Shown one piece after another: positions 1 through 10,245 of a stretch of 29,841 nt of DNA. The notes beneath the pieces are model-generated. The model was not told the DNA's origin and did not search any database. It saw only the letters and a program-made list of their open reading frames with translations. How positions within the stretch are numbered: position 1 is the stretch's first letter; each line of letters begins with the position of its first letter. This DNA is from Saprolegnia diclina VS20 (Eukaryota). The DNA lies in contig NW_008246092.1 of NCBI RefSeq assembly GCF_000281045.1, forward strand, positions 387,637-417,477. The letters run 5' to 3'. The translations under genes and the position numbers were made by a program.

Positions 1-886
1 GGCCCCGTGCACATTGCGCCGACCAAAAGCGGGTGGTTTGTCTTGATTGCAAGCTATAATATTGGCAGCGTCACGGTACGTTATTGCGCTTACACGCTCG
101 ACGTCGGCTTCACGTTGACGGGATATCTAGGTCATGCAGGTGGACGCGAACGGGTTTGCAGACCGCATTGCGCACCAAGTGGTGTTTTCGGGGGGCAGCC
201 ACGTCGTGCCCGGCCGCCAGGACGGACCCCACGCACACTGCGTTGCCTTGAGCCCCAACGACGATTTCGTGTACGTTAGCAACTCGTGTGGGACGCGCCT
301 TATCGAGAGACGACGTAGGTTTGTCACGGACCTCGGGAACGACCGCATCATGCAGTTTGCCTTTGACGCGACGACGGGCTACCTCACGCCGAACGCCGTG
401 CCTTATGTGGACGTTGGACCGGGCACGCTGCCACGTCACATGGCGTTTCACCCGAGTGGAGAGTACCTCTACTTGACGACCGAGGCGTCCAACGAGCTCA
501 AAAAGTACGCCTTCGACCCGGTCTTGGGCACGCTGACGCTGGTCGCGTCGGTGACGACGACGAGCGCGACCGGCGTTCTCACGGGTGCGATCCACGTCAC
601 ATCCAGCGGCCGCTTCGTGCTCGTCTCGAACCGGTACGGCGCCCCGGCGTCCGACGACAGCATCGTCGTCTACGACACCGACACGCTTGCGCACGTCGGC
701 ACGTACCGCACCTCGACATGGGGCGGCCCGCGCGACTTTACGATCACGGACGACGACTTTGTCTACGTCACCAACGAAAACACCAACTCGATCGACACGT
801 TCCAGCTCATGCCCGACGGCGAGCTGCGGCACTTACCGCTCTCGCAGCCGCGCCCGTTTCACCCGCAAGTGATTGTACCCTTTTAA
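1..886 (+). CDS. Beta-propeller lactonase (6-phosphogluconolactonase YbhE/Pgl / cycloisomerase family), 5' end outside window
   Basis: Exons <1-75, 131-270, 319-886 (introns 76-130 and 271-318, GT-AG). Spliced protein has family motifs GPVHI..A.YN.GSV, RQDGPHAHCV, FVTDLGND, PRHMAFHPSG.YLY, SGRFVLVSNR, GPRDF. Confidence 0.88.
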
Positions 887-1135
887 GTCAACGACTGTAC
901 CAGACGTTTCGCAGTTGAGGTGTTCATGCATCGCATCGGTTGGCGCAAAGTGGCATTATATATCCCATCCGATGGCCTCTGCACCGCAGCGACAAGCAAT
1001 CAAAGAAAATAGACCATAGTAAACAGTACTTAATTTCAAAGCTATGATTTTATGGGCCAAACCAAGTACGTATGGCCTTCGAACGGTGTACCTGTCCATA
1101 CATTGTTGTCAATAACAGGTCCCTTGCGGGGTGAG

Positions 1136-1498
1136 CTGGTAGGAACTTTTGTATTGAATGCGAAGCGTTGATTAACGGTATTGCGACGACGGCGCGCTTC
1201 TGCAATCGCACCTAAATGGAAAGTTGCGTGAATTTCGGTTAAGTACGCAGGCGCACTTCAGCGCAATTGTTATACTTTAATCAAGTATAACGTCCGGAAA
1301 ATGGACAGCACTTTACGGGGACACCAAAATCGCACTTCACGGGACACGTTTCGCGCGATGCGATTGGCTTAGACCAATGAATCTGCGTTTCATTGGCCAA
1401 ATGGCTCGATATATAGCCAATGGGTTGGCCGGATTGAGACACGACACATCGAATTAATCCCCTGGGATGCTGGTACACCACGTAAACGTTCCTACCAG
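1136..1498. mobile_element. Candidate non-autonomous inverted-repeat element (MITE-like)
   Basis: CTGGTAGGAACTTTT (1136-1150) and AAACGTTCCTACCAG (1484-1498) are reverse complements at 14/15 positions. The interior is non-coding, with a hairpin, a direct repeat and CCAAT boxes. No clear target-site duplication. Confidence 0.3.
1362..1428. promoter_or_regulatory. Cluster of CCAAT/ATTGG boxes in both orientations
   Basis: GATTGG, CCAAT, CATTGG and GCCAAT within about 65 nt, with TATATA between the last two. Confidence 0.4.
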
Positions 1499-1726
1499 GA
1501 ATATCTCGACATCCTTCGACCGGATCGCTCTGGAACTTCACCACCGTGCCACGCGCACATTTGCACGAGAGAGGAAGTGGCTTGTTGAGCAGTGCAACTG
1601 GGGCTCGTGCAGTGACAACCAAATTCTAGCGCACCAAAGTTACCTCTAGGATTCTGTCCCGTATTGCATGGAGGATCGAGCCGGCTTTGAGACTGGCACC
1701 AAGATAGTATTAAATTAAGGCGATGT

Positions 1727-3762
1727 TTACGGCGGCGCGATCGGTCCGTTGAGGATGTGGTCCAGAATCGAGGCGTACTTGTGGTCGTTCCCGCGCACGA
1801 TGAGGGACGTGAGGTAGTTGAGGGCGTCGTTGAAACCGCGTAGGATATGCGAAATACGATAGCAGTTGCGTCCTACGTTGTTGGGCGCGTGGAGTGGATC
1901 TTGAATGTACAGCGTCGTCCACGGCTCGCTATCCGTCACAAAGGCATGCAGCAACAACACGCCATGGGGCAGGACGCACCTTTGATCAATCCACGAGAGG
2001 ACGGTGACGACGTCGACCTCGGGCTGGAAGTCGTTGCCGTAGTACTGCAAAACGTCCATAAAGAGCTTTCCGAGGTTGGGCGACGCGGCTTCGCAGCGCA
2101 CACGTGACGTGATCGCACGACCGATTTGCACGCCGCGCGCCTCTTGCCACAGCAAGATGGAGCGTTGCACCTCGGCATCGGACTCGTCGGGCGCGGCCTC
2201 GGCTTTCGGCTCGTTCAAGAGCATCACGTGGACCACCATGAGCAGCTAGTACGAGTCATCGACAACGCGTCCAAACAAAGTACGCGTACCAAACCGTACG
2301 ACGAGAGACCGCCGCGGTACACGTCGTTCATGCCGCGCTTGCTCAAAAAGTACTTGAGCACGAGCGTCACTTCGCGCAATCCTGGCAACTCGGCGCACAG
2401 CTGACGCGACAGCGCGGCACTCGCGAGGCCATAGTGATGCAATTTCCAAAACGTAATATCCAGCGGCACGCGGATGACGTGATCGACGTCCTCCGAATGG
2501 AGCTCGACGAGCACCTTGACGAGCGGGATCGCTGCGTGCGGGATCGCCTGGATGCTCGTAAACACAATGCGCTCGCTGCCATGGTTGATGAGGACGTCGG
2601 CGAGCACTTGGACATCGAACGGCGGCACGGGTGGCACGGGGGCGTCCCCAAAGTAGCCAATGACGACGTCGACGTCACTCGACGGACCGTTGAGCTGCGT
2701 GGCAAACGACCCGTACGGCTCGACGCAAACATTGGGCCACACCAACTGCGCAATGCTACCAAGATGCGTCAGCACGCACGCGACCGCGGTCGCATCGACG
2801 GGCGACGCCGTGTAGTCGGCGAAGGCGACGATCTCCGAGTGCAGGCGCATCTGCAAAGCGCCTGCTTGCTCCGTGTAGAGTCGCTGAAGCTCCGAGAGTG
2901 GCCACGGCTTGGTCTCGTGCATGCGGCGAAGCCGCTCGTCCTCGCTGGCTTGGATCACGTGTTCGCGTTTGTTCATGCGTTCTTCGTACTCGGCCTCGGG
3001 CGACCGCACGACGCTGCAGACCAAGAGGTGCTCGGCGACCGCGTCCCGAGAGCACACGGCCTTGCATCCGAGGATGGCGTTCGGGCACACAATGTCGTAC
3101 GAGTCGAGGTCCATGGGCTCAGCGACCGTCGTGTCTGGTACTTGGCGATACGGGCAATCGCGCAAATGCTCCTCGACGTGGCGCAGCATGCAGCTGTAGC
3201 TGCAGCCAAACCAGCTGTGGGGACACACCACTTCATAGTCGAGGAACGAAGGCGAGATGGTCGCTTGGAACCAAGCGGTGTTTTGCATGGCCTCGAGAAA
3301 CATGTTGGCCGTGCGCGACTGCTGCTCCGCCTCGATGGCCTGCATCGCCCACGACTGGCGCCGGAGCCGCTCGACGTCTTCGGCGAGCTGAATCTCGGCG
3401 AGGAGCCCGAGGCGGCGCGCGCGTTCGTTCTCGGCGGCCTCAATCGCCCACTGGACCCAGTACGCGCGGGTCGCCGCTTCGACCTCGAGACTCGGCGGTG
3501 GCGATACGCTCTGGCGCCGTGGTGATCCGTTCGCGGGGCGTAGCGGTGGCGACATGGTCGGCGAAAAGGGTTTGGCCGAGGCGCAGAGCTTGGATCGCGT
3601 CGGCGACGCCGGGGCCTCCTCGGGGCGAACGACGACCGCCGGCGCCGGGCTCGAGATGGCGACTTCGCCATCGTCGTCCTTCTTCTTGTTTCGGTTCTTT
3701 GGCCGGCGCTTCCGCGGGCCCGAGTGGCCCCGCGCCTTGGGCTTTGGCTCGTCGTTCTCCAT
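1727..3762 (-). CDS. Non-canonical poly(A) polymerase / terminal nucleotidyltransferase (Trf4/TENT4-like) with PAM2-like motif and two TRAF-type zinc fingers
   Basis: Exons 3762-2290 and 2245-1727 (intron 2246-2289). NTase motif YGSFAT..NGPSSDVDVV, third Asp in PLDITF, LVLKYFL..RGMNDVYRGGLSSYGL, and PAP-associated LYIQDPL...NNVGRNCYR. Confidence 0.9.
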
Positions 3763-4115
3763 TCCACGGCGTCGGCGAGTGTGCAAGAACACGTGACATA
3801 CGTCGGGGCTTCGGCCTAAAATCACCCAACTTGGTATTACCACCCCGTTGGGCTTCTGCAGTGCGCATCGTAAAGCACCCAACGTCGCGCGTGGCATGCT
3901 GCAGAGCAAACTGTGCTTTGGCTCACAGCCTCCTCTTGCGGCGCCCGCGCCGACGCCAGTCCATGGACCATCACTGTCGTGTGCAAAGTGGCGTGTGTTT
4001 ATCCAAAGGAATGCCGGTCGTCCGATTTTCGACCTGCTGTGCACAGATATTGTCTATCGAACTGCGTACAACTACAACATACGAGAGACGACGCGTCCGG
4101 TATGTATGTATAGCA

Positions 4116-5940
4116 CTAGAAGATGTTGTTGCGGGGCAGCGGCCGGCCGACCTTGTCGGGGCTGAGCTTGGCGACCACCTTGGTACTCACATGGTCGTCG
4201 TCGAGCTTGCGCAAGATGACCGCGTTCAGCGACTTCTCCCGCGCGTCCATAGCCTTGAGCACCGAGGTCTTCTTGACTTTTTGCTCGGACATTTGCTGTA
4301 GAAGGAGCGCCTGGTACTCCTTGTTGCGGACTTTGGCCACCTCCTACACCCGCATCGGTCCCACGCGAGAACGCGAGCTGACGTACGAGCTTGTGCCTTG
4401 TCTCTCGCTGTGCGGCCTCGCCCTCATCTTGGCACTTTCGCGAGTACTCCAGCTCTTCGAGGTGCTATCCCAATCGTAAGTGTCATGGACTACGATCAAA
4501 GCGGTCGACCTGCTGCTGCTTCTTCGTCACCTTCAGGTCGTGCTGGAACGTGAGATACCGACTGCGGTCCATTGCCTCTTGCTTGCGCTCGCGGGCTTCA
4601 CGCAGCTCGCGCTCCACGTCGGTCTCGAGCTTCTGGCGCTGGTACTTGTCGGCGCGCCGGTCGTCCTCGAGCGCCTTTTGCTGCAGCTGTTCGTAGATCG
4701 AGATGGCTCCGCCCTTGTCCAGTCGGTCTTGGCGCTGGAGCTTGTGCTGAAGTGCTTTGACGCGGTCGGCCTCTTCCTTCTCCAGCTTCCGAGCGTACTC
4801 GTCCATCATCTTGACGTCCTGGAGCGTATCGAGGTGCTTGGCCTTGTCCTTGGCCTCTTTCACGAGGCTATTTTCTTTGAGCAGTGCGTGCATGCGGGCG
4901 TGCTGGGCGCGCTTCCGGTCCAGCGCCTCGTCCTCGACGCGCCGCAGTTCGCGCTGACAGCGCTCGACCTCGACCGCTTCTTCGTGCTGCTTCTTCCGCT
5001 CGATTTCGATCTGCCGGAGTTTTGCGTCGTGAAGCTGCTGGTCGCGCTCCATGCGAATGTGGTCGACCGCGTCCTTGACCTTGCGCGACTTGGCCATTTC
5101 GTCCATCTTCCACTTGTCGTAGCCCGAGACTGCAATATCCACGTTGCGAGTTGTCCGCATGGAGGTAGGTATACCTTGCTCTTTGTACAGAAGCTGCTTC
5201 TCGCGACGGGCCTCTTCCAGCTTGCGCTCTTTCTCGCGCTTTTGCACGTCGAGCCACTCGCGCTGCTGGACCGTCTTGGTGTGCTTCTTCTTCAAGTTGT
5301 TGACTTCCGACTCTTCAAACTCGACACTACAACAGGTCTTGCACCCGCGATGCAAACGTATAGGCCAGTGTACATGTTGAGAGCGTTGATGAGCACCCAT
5401 TCGTCGGTCGTCTTGAGGTCGACTTCGGGCGGCTTTCTTGGCTCGTTTCGCTGGCTCGTGTGCGGGCGAAACTCGGCCACCTTGGAATCGAGCGCGTCTT
5501 GAGGCGCAGGGCGCCGAACAGGTTGCTGCTTGAGCTCCTCGACGTGACGCTCCTTTCGCGCCCGCTCATCGTAGAGCTTCTTGACCGTCTTCTCGAGCGC
5601 CGCAATGTCGGCTTCGACGAGCTTCGACGCGCTGCGCACGAGCTTGGCGACCAGTGACACAATGACGCGGCTAAAGTCGGCGTCGTCCGGCGCGTACTTT
5701 TTCAAGAGCTTGGCGACAAGCACTTGTTCAAGAGCCGCCCGCTTGTCGCTCTTGACCGCCTCCTACGCGCATGTAGGATTCGCACGCCGTGATGCATGTG
5801 CGTACGCGTTGCAGGATCGCCTCGGCCTTCTCGCGCCGCGTCGACGTCGACTACACAGTACGTTGAGCACCGGTGCGCGACCGCCAACGTACCATCGGCG
5901 CCGTGTGGCCACCGTCTTTTCGCCGGGCGCTGAGGTTCAT
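4116..5940 (-). CDS. Charged coiled-coil protein, trichohyalin-plectin-homology-like, possibly flagellar
   Basis: Seven exons join in frame (introns 5851-5892, 5763-5805, 5327-5373, 5130-5174, 4465-4509, 4344-4386). E/K/R/Q-rich helical protein with QQREWLDVQ and YQALLLQQM repeats. Function is inferred only. Confidence 0.7.
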
Positions 5941-6440
5941 ATGGACGCGTCCGGGCGGAAGGGTGCGCCCGCGAGTAGGAGTTGCGACTATCTATCTATA
6001 GCAGCAACGAGCGTGACGCTATCTTTAGCCGAGCCGTTGACGCGGCGTTGCCAACAACGTCAAGCACGAGACAGAGCCCTGGCTTCTCGACAAACACCAA
6101 GTCCTTACGGGGTGCTGTACGTTCAGGCACTTGCATGTGAACTGAGACTCTAAGATCCTTTTATGATTGGTGACAAGTCGTCCATAGTACAGAGAATGGA
6201 CGTAGGAGGCGTTCGGCCATCAAATTGGGTCGACGGTTGGCCACGCGTAGCTCGAAGGAGCTCTATGCTGCACCATGCTATCCATTTTTGGCGACCCCGC
6301 CCACGCGCACCACGCCCCGACCTCCTCGCAGTGGTGCGTGCCACGTATTCCGGATACTATGTGTGAAATGCCGGATACGCGAGCCTGGGGTTGCCACCGT
6401 CCGTTTGATTGTTGGGTGAAAGTCCAACATCGTGAGCAGC

Positions 6441-7673
6441 ATGGACATGGCATCGCGGAACCAGAGCCTTCGCGTCGGCGTGCTTGGCGCCGGTCGCATT
6501 GGGCGCATCCACACGCAAATCCTCACGCGCCTTGGCGTGACGGTCGTCGCGGTATGCGCTTCTTGGCAGTGGCCACGATACTACGATGCCACGAGTAGAT
6601 TGCCGACCCGAGTGACGAGCGCGGCGCGAGCTTGGCCCGCGAATTTGGCGTTGCCAAGGTGACCACGAACCCGGACGACATTTTCCAGGACCCGACGATC
6701 CACGCCGTCTTGATCTGCTCGCCGACGGACCAGCATGCGCAGCAGATCCACCAGGCGGCCGCGCACAAGAAGCACATCTTTTGCGAGAAGCCGATTGCGC
6801 TCGACTTGGCGGTCGTCGACGCCGCCGTGCACGCGGTATTTCCACGCTCTACCTACCATAGATGCATGACTGTGGCCTCTAGGTGGAGGCTGCCGGCGTC
6901 AAGATGATGGTCGGCTTCAACCGCCGCTTCGATGCCAACTTTAAGCGCATTCGCCAAGCGATTTTGCAAGACGAAATCGGTACCATTGGCATGGTATGCT
7001 CAACCACAGTCCTATCGAGCTGACGATGTACTCGTGGCAGGTGCGCATTACAAGCCGCGATCCGAGCGCGCCGCCCGTCAGCTACATCAAGGTCTCAGGC
7101 GGTATCTTTTGTGACATGACCATCCATGATTTCGACATGGCGCGCTTCCTCGTCGGCGCTGAGGTCGACCAAGTGTTTGTGATGGCGCAGGCGCGCGACC
7201 CAGAGATTGGCGCGGCGGGCGACGTCGACACGGCGGTGATCTGCCTCCGCTTTGAGAACGGCGTGCTCGGGTACATTGAAAACAGCCGTGTCGCTGCGTA
7301 CGGCTACGACCAGCGCGTCGAGATCCTCGGCTCCAAGGGCGCCGTCTCGTGCGAGAACAACTACCCCAACACCGTATACAGTCTACTGCGCAACGACGTG
7401 CTGAGACTACTGTAGGTGACCATCTCAAACGGCACGTCGATCGCGCGGGACTTGCCGCTGCACTTCTTCATCGACCGCTACATGGAGGCGTACAAGGACG
7501 AGCTTGCGGCGTTTGTCGAGATTTGCTTGAACAAGGATGCGATCGCGCCGGTCTCGGGCCACGATGGGCGCCAGGCGCTCAAGCTCGGGCTTGCCGCGAC
7601 CCTCTCAATGAAGGAGAACCGCCCCGTGCGCCTCTGCGAGTTTGATACGCCCCGCATGGTAGGCCGCTTGTAA
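6441..7673 (+). CDS. iolG: myo-inositol 2-dehydrogenase (Gfo/Idh/MocA family, IolG type)
   Basis: Introns 6552-6598, 6836-6882, 6994-7040, 7374-7415. Motifs GVLGAGRIG, ICSPTDQH, HIFCEKP, MVGFNRRFD, ITSRDP, SGGIFCDMTIHDFDMARFL, YGYDQRVEILGSKG, FFIDRYMEAY. Confidence 0.9.
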
Positions 7674-7809
7674 TGACGACCACTGCACACAATAGAGACT
7701 TGTTTGCTGCATCTAGTGACCGCGTCACCGCCTGTCTCTGCCCGTTTCAGCGCTTAGACCTAAAAAGGACAAATACCGTTTCCTACTCCACAAAGCTCGT
7801 ATACCGAGC

Positions 7810-9933
7810 ATGCGTGTTCTCCGTCTCGTGCTGCTCCCGCTCGTGGTGCACTCGCGGCTACCGCTGCCGCACTTCCGCCTCCAGGATATCGCGACCCATC
7901 ATGCGATGCGCCTGGTCTCTGGCTGCAGCGCACATGGACCCGAAGCCCGTGTGCTGGCGCTAACGCTGCACGGCGATCTGCGCTGGTCAATCGAGATCCC
8001 ATCCGTCTTAGCACACAGCCACGACGCGTGCGCGACGCGTCTCGCGGTCGCCGGCGAGGCCATTTACACGACGGGCTACCACGCCAACGCAACACACACC
8101 GCTCTCTTCGTCGCCAAGCTCTCGATCAACGGCGCGATCACGTGGGTAAAGCGGTTCGGGGACGAGGGCCAACACCATGGACTCGGCGTGGCAGTCACAC
8201 TGGACGGCAGCATCGTCTCTGTCGTCGGCACATCCCGCGGCGTCATTTCGCGCCGTCGCACCCGCGGAGACGACATGGTCGCACTGCAGCTGCGCGCAAG
8301 CGACGGCAGCACATTGTGGTCCCAACTGGTCGACTCGGACAACCACGGCGACGACCAAGCGTTCAGTGTGGGCGTCGACGGAAGCGGCCACATCTACCTC
8401 GTCGGTCAGACCAACGGCCGATTCGAGCATGGTATGTCGTCTCGTTGGTACGATGCGGATGCAACGAGCGCAGATAGCGGCGCCGGGAGCGATGCACTGC
8501 ATGACGGCGACCTCGTCGTGCTCTCATTCGACGCCAACGGCCGCCGGGTAGAATCTTTGCCTTGTACTGGACGCGGGCTTGACGCAGCATAGCGCTGGAC
8601 GCGACAACTGCACACGGCCGAAGCCGACGGGTGCAGTGACGATGTCATCTACGACCCACAGCACCCTCGTCGTTGCGGCCTTGCCATGACCGCATCGAAT
8701 GTCTTTGTTGTCGGCGCCACCGCCGGCACGGCCTTCTTGGACCCCACGGTCGACGACCCGACGCTCGGCATCTCTTCGCGCCGCCTCAACACCGTCCTCG
8801 TGCAGTTGCATCTTGCGACTGGCGTCGTCGGCTGGACAAACCAACTGCTGCTGGACGAGCACAATGTCGGCCAAGGTATTGTCGAGATGGATGCGGACAC
8901 GCTTGCCGTCGTGGGCACATGGCGAGAGCGCGACGATGAGCTGCCGCGTGTTCTGATAGCAGAGTTTGCAACGGCAACAGGCGCTCACCGGCGCGTCGTC
9001 ACCGATACGACGGCAAGAGGCATCGGTGTTTCGGCGGAGGTCGGCACCCTCGGCACGCTGCTTCTCGGCGCCAACACACTGGATGATGCTGCGTACCTCG
9101 ACCAGCGAGCGACGCGCGACGTCACGATGACGCTTCCTTTTTGCACCAATTACGTGTCGTTTGCGTCTGCAGTGACGCACGTCGCGTCGACCAATTGGAC
9201 GGACGTGAATCCGATCGAGCTGGCGATCCACCGGCACAACGCGCCGCTCTGCACCGAGTCGGTCACCGTGCGTTATACGATCTCGTCCGCCGACGTTGGA
9301 CGACCATTTACGCCGGCGTCGCCACACAAAGCATTTGTGCCCATCACGGGCGACGTGCGCTTGGACGCTGCAAACCCGACGGTCGCGGTGCAGCTGGCGG
9401 CGGCGGCACCGTTGGATCTGCCCCCACTGTCGGCGTTGACCGTCACGCTGCACGCCAAGGACGACAGCACCGAAATTCGAGACCCTGCCACGCATGTGAT
9501 TGTGCTCCTGGGGACGCCAGCGGCAGCACCAACGACGCAGCACATCCAGAGCGAGGTCCTCTGTGCCCTTGTTTGCGCTCTCTGTGTCTTTGGCGGCCTT
9601 GTAAGGCGCGTCTGCCACTGCAACATGAACCTCTGGAGCGGCGTGCAGTACCGCCACGTGGAAGAAGCACCAGGAGAGCACCAACTGCCATTGAAGCACC
9701 ACTTGCAGCTGCTGCGTGGCGACGCCGCAGCCGTTGGCGGCCATGTTGGCGTCGTCGATGGCTCTGGCGCTGTTCGACCTGCCATGGTGGCCTCGCCGCG
9801 CCACGCCAAGCCCAAATGCAAGCATGTACGCGCCCATGTTCCTCATGCTTGTGACAAGCGATGCCTCTAGGCTCGGCGCTCGGTGCTGCTGCCGCGAGCC
9901 TCTGCGGACGCGCTGCGGGACGCCGACGACTGA
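7810..9933 (+). CDS. Predicted type-I membrane protein: signal peptide, SBBP-like beta-propeller repeats, Calx-beta/Ig-like domain, TM helix, cytoplasmic tail
   Basis: Exons 7810-8547, 8593-9825, 9871-9933 (45-nt introns 8548-8592 and 9826-9870). Hydrophobic N-terminus; repeats such as FVAKLSINGAITWVKRFG and DDQAFSVGVDGSGHIYLVGQTNG; TM VLCALVCALCVFGGLV. Confidence 0.7.
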
Positions 9934-10080
9934 GCGTTCGAGAAATTTCAGGGGACCGTTCTGGTGCGATCCTTGGAATACAATTGGCGCCGGTTTAATA
10001 TATCTTGGCGTTTGTATGGAATGGAGTAAAAAACCGTTGCCTGGTCCCAAAGGGCTGTTGAACCCAGACTGCGATTTCGG

Positions 10081-10230
10081 ATGCAAGAGAAGGAGCTCTG
10101 GACCAACCTCGTCGTCGCCGTCGTCTGCATCGCCATCATCCTGCTTCCGTCCGTCCTCTTCCGCGTCCCGAAGCATCTTGACCGCGTCCCAGCCCAGAAG
10201 AAGAAGAAGACGTACGCCAAGCTCGAGTAG
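10081..10230 (+). CDS. 49-aa single-pass membrane microprotein (not in ORF track)
   Basis: MQEKELWTNLVVAVVCIAIILLPSVLFRVPKHLDRVPAQKKKKTYAKLE*. Strong host codon bias (gtc, atc, aag, ctc), one hydrophobic helix and a basic tail. Confidence 0.65.
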   Translation: MQEKELWTNLVVAVVCIAIILLPSVLFRVPKHLDRVPAQKKKKTYAKLE

Positions 10231-10245
10231 GTCCATCATCGTTCC

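Noticed and set aside
3763..4044. N-terminal extensions in the ORF track (poly(A) polymerase to 4044; MIOX from 23573)
   Set aside because: Non-coding-like composition; host codon bias begins at ATG 3762 and ATG 23990.
5761..5778. 6-bp hairpin covering a 3' splice site
   Set aside because: Short stem, expected by chance among about 40 introns.
6047..6058. X-box-like GTTGCCAACAAC upstream of the coiled-coil gene (also GTTGCCATGGCGTC at 14137-14150)
   Set aside because: RFX factors are not known from stramenopiles, and the matches are short and imperfect.
10212..10230. GTACG...TAG as a 19-nt micro-intron
   Set aside because: Far below the 42-60 nt intron range in this window, and splicing leads to an immediate out-of-frame stop.
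9934..10245. TPP riboswitch upstream of the TPP carrier
   Set aside because: Searched by eye; no CUGAGA plus ACCUGAU...GCG.AGGGA core.
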